Positions 28,990-37,809 of a DNA stretch of 64,000 nucleotides are shown in pieces. The notes beneath the pieces are model-generated. The model did no database searches. It saw only the letters and a list, made by a program, of their open reading frames with translations, and was not told the origin of the DNA. Numbering within the stretch: the first letter of the stretch is position 1; each line of letters starts with the position of its first letter. The translations under genes and the position numbers were made by a program. Origin of the DNA: Alphaproteobacteria bacterium (GTDB lineage Bacteria > Pseudomonadota > Alphaproteobacteria > UBA7887); NCBI GenBank assembly GCA_965242575.1, contig OZ251461.1, positions 1,505,430 to 1,569,429 on the forward strand, given 5' to 3'.

Positions 28990-30167
28990 TATCGAATCTC
29001 TATATCGTGTTCGATGTTATGAGCGAATTGCTCGTAATCGTACCGGTAAGAACGCACATTTCCTTCCTGATCTCGCGCAAGAACGAAACACTTCGTTGCA
29101 GATCGAATGGCTGCGAACTCCTCCCCTTTCAAAATGTTCCTCAAGCACTCAAGAGCATCCATGCTATGCGTAGTAACAAAAATTTGCACTCCTCTCGCGA
29201 CAGACAGGGTCAGAATTGCCTCCAAAAGCGTTCGCATTCCCGTGTAATGAATTCCGTCCTCGATTTGGTCAATCAAAACCATTCTAGATTTATCCAGAAT
29301 GCATTGTGACACGATGCTGGCCGCGCGAATTATGCCGCTCCCGAATAGGTTGATGGGCAACATCTTCTTCAGCCCGATATCCAGGAATATCTTATCTCCC
29401 GGCGCGGCTATATCTTGGACTTGCCCATCTATGTTCTTAAGAATCTCGACCAGATCGTATCTCTTTTTATTGACTATCAATTCCGAGAGAGAATCGACAT
29501 CATAGTCAAATCCAGACACAAAAAACCGGGACAGGATGAGGTTTCGCTGTGCGAATTCAGACAAAGCCTGCGGAGAGGGATGCGCAACGTATCCCACACT
29601 CCTATCTTCGTGTGGGAAAAAATGACACGTAACCGACGAAGGATCTTTCGCCGACTCGCTTTTCAATTCGGCGTCGTACCGAAAAACACGGGGCCGATTA
29701 ACTTCCGACGATGACAAGGAAGTGTCAGGCATAGCCCCTTTGTTGTCAGTGGTTTTGCGATTCAGATCCTGTTGGTTCATAATTTCGGACAAGTCCTCCG
29801 TCGACGCGCTAATGGACAACTTCCGCCGCTCCCCCCGGGCAGGAACGGTAGCCGCCAACTCGCTGCGTTCGTCGATGTTCAGATTGTGAAGCATGTTGAA
29901 CAAGTCGTCCTGTGTAAGAACGATGTAACGCCTCATATTCTGGGTTCTGATAACCAGTTCTTGGTTTCCTATGCCGGCGAGGAGGTGGATCGCCTCCATA
30001 ACCGTCGTCTTTCCGGTATCGTTGGCGCCCAAAATAACGTTGAATGCCCCAAGCCCATCCAGTTCGATGCTCCGAAGCCCACGGAAATGGCGGATGGAAA
30101 CCGCTTCGAAGTGATGATCATTTGGCACGGACGGCATCTCGTCGCGCGTTTCCGGCGATGCGATCAT
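28989..30167 (-). CDS. ABC/SMC-like AAA_21-type ATPase, AT-rich cassette gene 1
   Basis: Walker A ILGANDTGKTT, signature-like LFGSGIIRA, Walker B MVLIDQIEDGIH, H-loop VTTHS. ATG 30167 sits in an ATGA with the caiB stop. An alternative internal start is MPSVPN at 30137. Confidence 0.8.
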   Translation of the reverse strand: MIASPETRDEMPSVPNDHHFEAVSIRHFRGLRSIELDGLGAFNVILGANDTGKTTVMEAIHLLAGIGNQELVIRTQNMRRYIVLTQDDLFNMLHNLNIDERSELAATVPARGERRKLSISASTEDLSEIMNQQDLNRKTTDNKGAMPDTSLSSSEVNRPRVFRYDAELKSESAKDPSSVTCHFFPHEDRSVGYVAHPSPQALSEFAQRNLILSRFFVSGFDYDVDSLSELIVNKKRYDLVEILKNIDGQVQDIAAPGDKIFLDIGLKKMLPINLFGSGIIRAASIVSQCILDKSRMVLIDQIEDGIHYTGMRTLLEAILTLSVARGVQIFVTTHSMDALECLRNILKGEEFAAIRSATKCFVLARDQEGNVRSYRYDYEQFAHNIEHDIEIR

Positions 30168-31354
30168 GATCCGGTCCCCAGTGTGCCGCGCGCCTCGAAC
30201 CCGGCGATATCGTCGCCACCGTAGCCCAGTTCGCGGAGGATGTCAAAATTATCCGCGCCGAGGAAGGGGGCCATGGCGCGGACCTCGGCGGGGGTGCGGT
30301 CGAAGCGCGCGGCCGGGCGCGGTTGGCGCACCGGGCCCAGCGCCGGGTCGTCGTGGATCTCGAGGGTCCCGTTCGCCGCGACCTGCGCGTCGTCGAGCAG
30401 TTCGCGGCGCGTGAGCACGGGGGCGGAGGGAACCTGCTCGGCGTCGAGGCGGGCGAGGATCTCCGCCGCCGGCCATTTGGCGATCTCCTCGCCCGTTATG
30501 GCGCGGCGGGCGGCGACGTTGGCGAAGCGCAGCGCCGGGGTCGCGAAGCGCGGGTCGTCCAGCAGGTCCTCGCGCCGGAGCGCCCGGCACATGCCGGCCC
30601 ATTCGGCGTCGGTGACCGCGCCGGCGGTGATGTGGCCGTCCTTCGCCCGGAAGACCAGGTCCAGCCCCATCTGCCCGCGCGCCGGGTCCGCCTCCCGCCC
30701 CACCCAGGAGAGCGCCGACATGCCTTCGGGCCACAGATAGGCGATCGTCGCGTCCAGCATCGACAGGCGCACGTGCTGGCCTTCGCCGGTGCGCTCGCGC
30801 GCCAGCAGCGCGGCGACGATCGCCTGCGCCGCCGCGAGCGCCGTCGTTTTGTCGGGGACGATGGTGCGGACCATGCGCGGCTCGCCGGTGGCGCGGTCGG
30901 ACTGGATGTCGGCGAGGCCCGACAGCGCCTGGATCACCGGGTCGTACACCCGCTTGTGGGCGTAGGGGCCGGTCTCGCCGAAGCCGCTGATCGAGACGAA
31001 CACGATGTCGGGGCGGACGGCGCGCACCGCCTCCTCGCCCAGGCCCATGCGGTCGATGGCGCCGGGGCGGTAGTTCTGCACCAGCACGTCGGCCGTGGCG
31101 GCGAGCTTGCGGACGACGGCGACTCCCTCCGCCGATTTGAGGTCGACGGCGAGCGACCGCTTGCCCCGGTTGCAGCACAGGAACGACGAGGTCATGCCGC
31201 GGTTCTCGACGCCGACGCGGCGCATGAGCTCGCCGCCGGGCGGCTCGATCTTGATCACGTCCGCGCCCTGGTCGGCGAGCATCATCGCGGCGACCGGCCC
31301 CGACACCATCGTCGTCAGGTCGAGGACGCGGAAGCCGTCCAGCGGGCCGGGCAT
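30164..31354 (-). CDS. CaiB/BaiF family III CoA-transferase
   Basis: MPGPLDGFRVLDLTTMVSGPVAAMMLADQGADVIKIEPPGG...RGKRS...VLVQNYRPG. Confidence 0.85.
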   Translation of the reverse strand: MPGPLDGFRVLDLTTMVSGPVAAMMLADQGADVIKIEPPGGELMRRVGVENRGMTSSFLCCNRGKRSLAVDLKSAEGVAVVRKLAATADVLVQNYRPGAIDRMGLGEEAVRAVRPDIVFVSISGFGETGPYAHKRVYDPVIQALSGLADIQSDRATGEPRMVRTIVPDKTTALAAAQAIVAALLARERTGEGQHVRLSMLDATIAYLWPEGMSALSWVGREADPARGQMGLDLVFRAKDGHITAGAVTDAEWAGMCRALRREDLLDDPRFATPALRFANVAARRAITGEEIAKWPAAEILARLDAEQVPSAPVLTRRELLDDAQVAANGTLEIHDDPALGPVRQPRPAARFDRTPAEVRAMAPFLGADNFDILRELGYGGDDIAGFEARGTLGTGS

Positions 31355-32013
31355 CACGCCCCTCCGACATGCGGGAATTCGCGGCCGGGGTAGTTGAAGC
31401 GCATGGCTTCGCGGTAGGCGGGACGTTCGGCGATGCGGGCGCGCCAGGAGTCCGTCTCCGGCGGCAGGGGGATGCCGTACATGTCCGCCCAGTCGAGGCA
31501 GGTGGCGAGGAGGATGTCGGCGGGGCCGAACGCGCCCATCAGCCACGGCGCGGCGCGGGCCACGCGCGGCGCCATGGCGCGCGCCTGCTGGAGGAAGTAT
31601 TCCCGGGCCGACTCCACCGCGCCCGGCGCCGCGCCGTAGATGTGCTTGAGGCCGTCGTGGCGGCGGATGAGGTAGAGGCTGTGGGCGTCGAGTTCGGTCA
31701 TGACGAACCAGCACCATTCCGCGAGCCGGGCGCGCTCGCCGGCGTCGGCGGGGCGGAGGAAGCCGTCGGGAAGCGGGAAGCGCTCCGCCAGGTAGAACAC
31801 GATGGCCGCGCTTTCGGTGAGGACGAGTTCGCCGTGGCGCAGCGTCGGGATTTTGCCGCGCGGGTTGAGCGCGAGATACTCCGCCGTCTGCGTCTCGCCG
31901 GTGCGCGAGCCGATGGGGTGCGTGGTGTATGCGAGGCCGAGTTCGCGCAGCATCCAGTGCACGCGCATGGTGCGCGTGCTGGAGATTCCCCAGACCTCGA
32001 CCGGCTCCGGCAT
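31354..32013 (-). CDS. Glutathione S-transferase
   Basis: YLALNPRGKIPTLRHGELVLTESAAIVFYLAE (GST N-terminal domain). Confidence 0.85.
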   Translation of the reverse strand: MPEPVEVWGISSTRTMRVHWMLRELGLAYTTHPIGSRTGETQTAEYLALNPRGKIPTLRHGELVLTESAAIVFYLAERFPLPDGFLRPADAGERARLAEWCWFVMTELDAHSLYLIRRHDGLKHIYGAAPGAVESAREYFLQQARAMAPRVARAAPWLMGAFGPADILLATCLDWADMYGIPLPPETDSWRARIAERPAYREAMRFNYPGREFPHVGGA

Positions 32014-32061
32014 GGCGCGCAGTGTAACGCCGCCGGGCGGGCCGGCGCAAGCGGCGTCAAG

Positions 32062-33747
32062 TCACCGGCCCGCGGCGATCAGCTCCTCGCTGAGCGGGTT
32101 CGCCCGCCGCGCCACCAGCAGCTCGAGATGCACCGTGGCGCGGGTCATGCCGCAATAGAGCCGTCTTCGCCAATCCTCCATCCGTCCGGGATCGGGGTCG
32201 ACGTCGCACAGGATCACCGCCGGCGCCTGCTGTCCCTTGAAACGGTGGATGCTGTCGAAGAGTATCTGTCCATTCGACATCTTCTGGTTGCCGGATCGAT
32301 CGTAACCTTGGAATCGGCTGAGGGTGTAGCCGCCAAGAGGCCGCGACGAACCGCCGACGGCCGAGCGTCCGACACCGCGCATCGTGAGCAGGGTTATGTC
32401 CTCGGGGCGGAATCCAAGCCTTCGCAACTCGGTGACGCGCGCCGCCGCCAGTTTCACCTGGTCCGCGGGATCGTCGTAAGGCCAGACTTTCACGTCGAAG
32501 CCGGCGACGGGGCTGGCGCACTCGAACTCGAACGACGGAAGTACCGTTCTTATGAAGCGCGCAATGGCCTCCGGCGAGCGATAGTTGCGCCGCGCGCGCA
32601 AGCCGACGACACCGGCCCTGTCGCGCGGCTCGGTTTGTCGGATGTTCTGATCGGAATCTTCCAACCAAAGAAAATCATGGTCGTCTTTTAGGAAAAGATC
32701 GAGCACCTCAAACCATTCTGGCTTGAAATCCTGCGCTTCATCTATGATCAATCTATCGAACCTCCAGCTTTCGGGCACTCCGTCCTCGATCGCCCGCTCC
32801 TTCACGCGATCCTCCACTTCCGACCAGAACGTATCCTGATTCTGGAGATGATCGCGCACCCGGTCGAAATCCAGAGTGTCGCCGCGATCCTCCAGGAAGC
32901 TGACGCAGAACCCGTACCAGGTCTGAACCAGACCGTCGTCGGGGACTCTTTCATTCAAATTCTCGCGTAACGACCGGTTAAAGCAGAGCATAAGCGAACG
33001 CTTGCCGGACTCCGCCGCGCGCGTATAAAAGTGGGTTGCGATCTCGGTTTTACCGCAACCGGCAACACCCTTCACACGCAACCGCAGGGGCGACATCTCG
33101 ATGTCGCCGATTCTATCGACGAGCTCCGCGCTCAACCTGGCGAAAGATCGATCCTGCTCGTCCTTACAGGCATGCACGTCGGGAACGACTTCGAATGTCT
33201 GGCGGAAGAAGCGGTGCACGGCCTCGGCGAAGTCGTCGTCCGCTCCGGTTCCCGCTCCCCATGTGTCGGCGACGATACGGGCGAGATCGCGGCGGCGCGT
33301 TTTGTCGACTATCCGTTCCGCGTCGAGGCCGGCCGCGTTCAGTCTGGCTATGCGGTAATCCGGACAGTAAAGCAGATAATCGACAGACAGTCCGCGTCGT
33401 CCAGCGGCGGCCTGCCGGAATTTCCCGCGGATGGAGTCCAGGTTGCGATGAATTTGGGTCGAAACGGATTTCACCTTGTCTGGATAATTTTTCTTGAGAC
33501 CGTCCGCCGTTTCGACGAGGGGTCCGTTTTTCTGCTCAATGACGACGATTCGTCCATCGCGGTTGACCACAACGAAATCGATTTCCCCGAACGTCGTGCG
33601 ATCCGCTTTCGCGCGGGTCCAGTGAACGCCGTGATAGATCGTGAATTCGGGACCCAGACCGGCCTCGAGATGCTCCAGCGTGGCCATTTCGCCGCCATGT
33701 GCGCTGGAACGCGCGAACCTGATCACTCCAGGAATTGCGTAGGCCAT
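32062..33747 (-). CDS. NERD nuclease-related domain fused to SF1 (UvrD/AAA_30-like) helicase
   Basis: NERD core is GEIDFVVVNRDGRIVVIEQKNG. Walker A GVAGCGKT, Walker B LIIDEAQDF, C-terminal IHRFKGQQAPAVIL...MTRA. Visibly lower GC than the neighbouring genes. Confidence 0.8.
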   Translation of the reverse strand: MAYAIPGVIRFARSSAHGGEMATLEHLEAGLGPEFTIYHGVHWTRAKADRTTFGEIDFVVVNRDGRIVVIEQKNGPLVETADGLKKNYPDKVKSVSTQIHRNLDSIRGKFRQAAAGRRGLSVDYLLYCPDYRIARLNAAGLDAERIVDKTRRRDLARIVADTWGAGTGADDDFAEAVHRFFRQTFEVVPDVHACKDEQDRSFARLSAELVDRIGDIEMSPLRLRVKGVAGCGKTEIATHFYTRAAESGKRSLMLCFNRSLRENLNERVPDDGLVQTWYGFCVSFLEDRGDTLDFDRVRDHLQNQDTFWSEVEDRVKERAIEDGVPESWRFDRLIIDEAQDFKPEWFEVLDLFLKDDHDFLWLEDSDQNIRQTEPRDRAGVVGLRARRNYRSPEAIARFIRTVLPSFEFECASPVAGFDVKVWPYDDPADQVKLAAARVTELRRLGFRPEDITLLTMRGVGRSAVGGSSRPLGGYTLSRFQGYDRSGNQKMSNGQILFDSIHRFKGQQAPAVILCDVDPDPGRMEDWRRRLYCGMTRATVHLELLVARRANPLSEELIAAGR

Positions 33748-33816
33748 CGTTCACCGTCCCTCTGCGAAGCTCCGACTCCGTTTTAGCAGCCCGCCCGCCA
33801 GCAGTCCATATATCCG

Positions 33817-35004
33817 TCAGAACCGCCACAACGCCGCGCCGACCAGCGCGGCGAAGGCGGCGAAGGCCGTGAACGCCAGGCCCCAGCCGCCGGCGGCGAC
33901 GAGGGCGCTGAAGGCGGCGGGGCCGGCGACGACGCCCAGAAAGCTGAACCCGACCGCGCCGCCCGTCGCCACGCCCACCCGGTCCGCCGGAACCGCGCGC
34001 AGTATCTCGGCGAGATAGACACCCGGCCAGCCGGCGACGACGAAGCCCGCCAGCGCCATGAAACCGGCGATCTCCGCGAACCGCCAGGACGAATCGAGGC
34101 CCGCGGCCGCGAGCAGGACCAGCGCCATGCCGACGGCGACGAGCCGCAGCACAAGGCGGGCGCCGCCCGCGCGGTCGCTCAGCCAGCCGAGGGCGACGCG
34201 GGCGATGGCGCCGGCGGCCTGCATGACGGCGAAGGCCAGACCGGCGCGCGCCAGTCCCAGGCCGCCGGCCTCGACGAGCCAGGCGGCCGACACGGCGAAG
34301 ACGGAGGACTGGATCGCCGCGAACGAAAACGCGGCGGCGGTCAGCGGCCGCAGCCGCTCGTGGCCGAGCGCGAAGGCGACGGCGCGGAGCGGCGTGCGCG
34401 CAGACAGCGGGAAGTCCGGCGCGCGGTCGTCGTCGAGCCGCGCCCGCAGCGGCGCGATGCACGCCGCCGCCGCCAGCAGCGCGCCGGCGGTGCAGGCCAG
34501 GGCGCCGCGCCAGCCGAACGCCGCCGCGGCCGCCGGCGCCGCGAGGCCGGCCAGCAGCCCGCCGAGCGGCACGGCGCTCTGCTTCAGCGACAGCACGATC
34601 CCGCGGCGGTGGGCGGGGGTGACGCGGGCGAGGATGTGGCTCGCCGCCGGAGTGGCGAGGCCGTAGCCCATGCCGGTCGCCACCGCGAGCAGGGCCATGC
34701 CGATGAGGGGGGCGGGCGCGCTGGCGGCGAGCGCCGCCGCGGCGGCGGCGAGGGCGAGCTGGCTGCACCGGATCGCGCCCAGGCGGCGGACCAGCGCGCC
34801 GCCCATGAGCGCGCAGACGATGGCGCCGGCGAACACCAGCGACGAATAGAAGCCGACCGCGCTGGCGCGCACCCCGTAGGCCGCCGCCGGCATCGGGGCG
34901 AGGACGGGGATCGCGCTCACCGCCATCGCGACCATCGCTTGCGTGAGCATGGTCGCGGCGAGGGCGCGCGCCACGCCCGGCGCGGCCCCGGTTCGCGCCG
35001 TCAT
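33817..35004 (-). CDS. MFS transporter
   Basis: 395 aa with about 12 hydrophobic helices and an alanine/leucine-rich composition. Confidence 0.75.
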   Translation of the reverse strand: MTARTGAAPGVARALAATMLTQAMVAMAVSAIPVLAPMPAAAYGVRASAVGFYSSLVFAGAIVCALMGGALVRRLGAIRCSQLALAAAAAALAASAPAPLIGMALLAVATGMGYGLATPAASHILARVTPAHRRGIVLSLKQSAVPLGGLLAGLAAPAAAAAFGWRGALACTAGALLAAAACIAPLRARLDDDRAPDFPLSARTPLRAVAFALGHERLRPLTAAAFSFAAIQSSVFAVSAAWLVEAGGLGLARAGLAFAVMQAAGAIARVALGWLSDRAGGARLVLRLVAVGMALVLLAAAGLDSSWRFAEIAGFMALAGFVVAGWPGVYLAEILRAVPADRVGVATGGAVGFSFLGVVAGPAAFSALVAAGGWGLAFTAFAAFAALVGAALWRF

Positions 35005-35013
35005 CGCGCCGGG

Positions 35014-35490
35014 CTACGGCAGCGCCGGGACGATGGCGGAGCGCGGAACGGCGTAGAGGCCGCCGGCGGCGATGGCGGCGGCGTAGGGAACCGCGCGCGC
35101 GCGGCGCGCCGCCGCGCACAACAGGGCGACCGCGCCGCCGGCGAGGGCGGCGGCGAGCAGGAAGCCGGCGAGGCCGCTCCAGCCGGCCCACAGCCCGGCG
35201 GCGGCGAGGAGTTTGGCGTCGCCGGCGCCCAGCGCGCCCGCCGCGAACAGGCCGAAGCCGGCGGCGAGGCACGCCGCGCCGGCCGCCAGCCCGGCCGCGG
35301 CGGCGGCGAGGGGCGCGCCGGCGGCGAGGGCGGCGGCGGCCCAGGCGGCGGCGAGCGCGAGCGCGCAGGAGTCGGGAATCCGCCGACGCGCCACGTCGAA
35401 AGCGGCGGCGCAGGCGAGCGCGCCGAACGCCGCCGCCTGCGCCAGGACGCCCAGCGCGTCGGCCGCCGATGGAAGCATGGCGCCCATCAT
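35014..35490 (-). CDS. cpaA: A24-family prepilin peptidase, CpaA-like
   Basis: Polytopic protein with FDVARRRIPD and GALGAGDAKLLAA motifs. The start is one of three ATGs (35478, 35487, 35490). Confidence 0.65.
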   Translation of the reverse strand: MMGAMLPSAADALGVLAQAAAFGALACAAAFDVARRRIPDSCALALAAAWAAAALAAGAPLAAAAAGLAAGAACLAAGFGLFAAGALGAGDAKLLAAAGLWAGWSGLAGFLLAAALAGGAVALLCAAARRARAVPYAAAIAAGGLYAVPRSAIVPALP

Positions 35491-36092
35491 GGCGGGCGCG
35501 CAGCGCGGCGTCGACCGGGCGGCGGCGCGGCCTCCCGTCCGGCGAGGCCGAAAAACACCTCGCCGTCGCTCCACAGGCGGATGGGCAGGCCGTCGACCGC
35601 CGCCTCGGTCCCGGCGAGGCCGGCAAGTCGGGGGGTCAGCGGCGCCGCGTAGAGCGTATGCGCCGCCCCCGTCTCGCGGTGGCGGAGTTTCAGCTGCGCC
35701 GCGAGCGCGCCCTGGATCGAGCAATAGCGCCCGCCGACCGGAACGAACACGTCGCCGAGGCCGGGCGGCGGACGAACGACGAAATCAAGGCGGTCCAGCG
35801 CCGCGACGACGGCGGCGAAATCCTCCGCCGCCACCTCGACGTCGAGCTGCTTGCGGTGGTTCATCGCGATCTCGGCGAGCACCCGCTCGGCCGCGTCGCG
35901 GTCCCGCATCCAGACGTGGAAAAGGCCGAAGCAGAGCAGCATGCCGGCGGCGACGGCGGCCATGCGCAGGCGCCAGACCTTCGGGTCGGCGGCGCGGCGC
36001 GGCCGCGCGCGCGCCAAGATGGCTTCGACGCGGCGCGGCGGCAGCGATTGGGCCGCGTAATGCCGCCGGATCAATTCGTCGAGGCCGGGCAT
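35487..36092 (-). CDS. Putative anti-sigma factor (single TM)
   Basis: MPGLDELIRRHY... followed by a TM helix MAAVAAGMLLCFGLF. It overlaps the 3' end of the ECF sigma gene by 22 nt. Confidence 0.55.
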   Translation of the reverse strand: MPGLDELIRRHYAAQSLPPRRVEAILARARPRRAADPKVWRLRMAAVAAGMLLCFGLFHVWMRDRDAAERVLAEIAMNHRKQLDVEVAAEDFAAVVAALDRLDFVVRPPPGLGDVFVPVGGRYCSIQGALAAQLKLRHRETGAAHTLYAAPLTPRLAGLAGTEAAVDGLPIRLWSDGEVFFGLAGREAAPPPGRRRAARPP

Positions 36093-36571
36093 CGGTCCAT
36101 GTCCTCGTCGTCCGCCGGGCCGCTGGCGAGGGCGCGGCGCAGTTTCTTTTTGGCGCGGTGCGCCAGACTCAACACCGTGCCGCGCGGGCGCCCGGTGAGT
36201 TCGGCGGCCTCGCGCGCCGTCCAGCCCTCGACGACGAGAAGGAACAGCGCCTCGCGCTCTTCGGCGCGCAGCGCGGCCAGCGGCGCCTCGAGGTCGCGCG
36301 CGGCGAGGACGCCGGCCCCGGCGTCCGCGCCCTCGTCGACCGCCTCGGAGGCGGCCTCCAGGGGCGCGAACTCCACCAGGCGCCCGCGGCGGTAGCGGTC
36401 GATGAACAGGTTGCGGATCGCGGCGAAGAAGAGGGACTTGCCCGCCCCGGCCGCCCGGCCGGCTTCGTGCAGGCGGCGCCAGGCGTCCTGCACGAGGTCC
36501 TCGGCGTCGGCCGGGGCGGCGCGCAGCGACAGGGCGTAGCGGTAGCCCGCCTGGAGCAAGTCCCTCTCCAT
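36071..36571 (-). CDS. ECF (sigma-70 family) RNA polymerase sigma factor
   Basis: Region 2 is DAEDLVQDAWRRL...AAIRNLFIDRYRR. Region 4 is EREALFLLVVEGWTAREAAELTGRPRGTVLSLAHRAKKKLR. Confidence 0.85.
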   Translation of the reverse strand: MERDLLQAGYRYALSLRAAPADAEDLVQDAWRRLHEAGRAAGAGKSLFFAAIRNLFIDRYRRGRLVEFAPLEAASEAVDEGADAGAGVLAARDLEAPLAALRAEEREALFLLVVEGWTAREAAELTGRPRGTVLSLAHRAKKKLRRALASGPADDEDMDRCPASTN

Positions 36572-36592
36572 TTCGGCGCGCGGCGCCGGGCG

Positions 36593-36988
36593 CTAGTTCT
36601 CGACGTGGTAGCGCCGCTTCTCGTCGCCCTTCCTGTGCACGATGGACTGAAGCACGCGGAGCCCGTCTCCGGTGTCCGCGACCAGCATGTCGAGGTCGTA
36701 GTAGGTCCCGTCGGCGGCGTTGAAATCGGCGCAGGCGACGTAGAAATCGCCCTTGCGGACGATCCCCTCGTGCAAGCTGTCGAATTCGAGGCGCAGCAGT
36801 TCGCCGTCGACCGCGTCGTAGAGGATGTAGTCGCCGTCGACGGTGTGCGCCGCGACGTGTTCGAGCATGGCGCGCTGGATGTCGCTTCTGAGCTCCCCCT
36901 GGATCGTGGGGTCGTCGGCCGCGAGCGCCGGGCCCGCCGCGAGGACGGCAAGGACCGCTAGGCTCAGGACCCATAAAATATATTGCAT
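36593..36988 (-). CDS. Small secreted hypothetical protein
   Basis: MQYILWVLSLAVLAVLAAGPALAADDP signal peptide. No family recognised. Confidence 0.5.
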   Translation of the reverse strand: MQYILWVLSLAVLAVLAAGPALAADDPTIQGELRSDIQRAMLEHVAAHTVDGDYILYDAVDGELLRLEFDSLHEGIVRKGDFYVACADFNAADGTYYDLDMLVADTGDGLRVLQSIVHRKGDEKRRYHVEN

Positions 36989-37036
36989 TGTGTGGCGATC
37001 CGTGGTTGGTAGGCGCCACATGTAGGGGAGGCTGGC

Positions 37037-37797
37037 ATGTCCGACCGCAACTTCTGGCTGTCCGAGGCCCAGTTCGCGCGGCTCCGTCCGCTGTTGCCCA
37101 ACAAGGTGCGCGGCGTGCCGCGTGTCGATGATCGCCGTGTCATCTCGGGCATCGTCCACGTCCTTCGCAACGGCCTTATGTGGCGCGACGCGCCATCCGC
37201 ATACGGCCCGCACAAGACCCTCTACAACCGCTTCGTGCGCTGGAGCGCGGCGGGCGTCTTCAATCGTATTTTCGAGGCTCTGGCCGCCGAGAGCCGGGAG
37301 ACGGGGACGGTGATGATCGACGCAACCCACCTGAAGGCGCACCGGACCGCAGCCAGTCTGCTAAAAAAGGGGCTCTTTCGCGCTGTATCGGACGCACCCG
37401 AGGCGGCCTCAACTCCAAATTGCACGCGGTCTGCGACGGCGCCGGCAAGCCGCTGGTCATGCTGCTGACCGAGGGACAGGTCAGCGACTATCGCGGCGCG
37501 GCGACGGTGCTCGACGCACTGCCGGACGCGGATGTCCTGATCGCCGACCGGGGTTACGACAGCGACCGCTTCCGCGAAGCTTTGACCGCGCGGGGTATCG
37601 CGCCCTGCATTCCGGGCCGCGCAAACCGCAAGACGCCGGTCGTTTACGACAAGGCGCTCTACAAACGGCGCAACCTCGTCGAACGCATGTTCGGCAGACT
37701 CAAGGATTGGCGCCGCATCGCCACACGCTACGACCGATGCGCCCATACCTTCTTCAGCGCCATCTGCATCGCCGCAACCTTAATTTTCTGGTTATGA
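37037..37797 (+). CDS. IS5-family transposase produced by programmed -1 frameshift (orfA 37037-37369 joined to orfB up to 37797)
   Basis: orfA is MSDRNFWLSEAQFARLRPLLPNKVRGVPRVDDRRVISGIVHVLRNGLMWRD. orfB is ...LNSKLHAVCDGAGKPL...IADRGYDSD...YKRRNLVERMFGRLKDWRRIATRYD. Confidence 0.85.
37363..37369 (+). promoter_or_regulatory. A_AAA_AAG -1 ribosomal frameshift heptamer
   Basis: cta aaa aag in the orfA frame. Slipping by -1 yields KKGALSRCIGRTRGG, which is the orfB reading. Confidence 0.75.
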
Positions 37798-37809
37798 GTC
37801 CTGAGCCTA

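Larger units (their letters stand above)
37026..37807 (+). mobile_element. IS5-family (IS427-group-like) insertion sequence; ends approximate
   Basis: Two-frame DDE transposase, with TAG trinucleotides on both flanks (37023-37025 and 37808-37810). The terminal inverted repeats are only weakly alignable. Confidence 0.7.

Noticed and set aside
35213-36961. 582-aa plus-strand ORF
   Set aside because: It is antisense to the cpaA-like, anti-sigma, ECF sigma and small secreted protein genes, and its sequence is low complexity.
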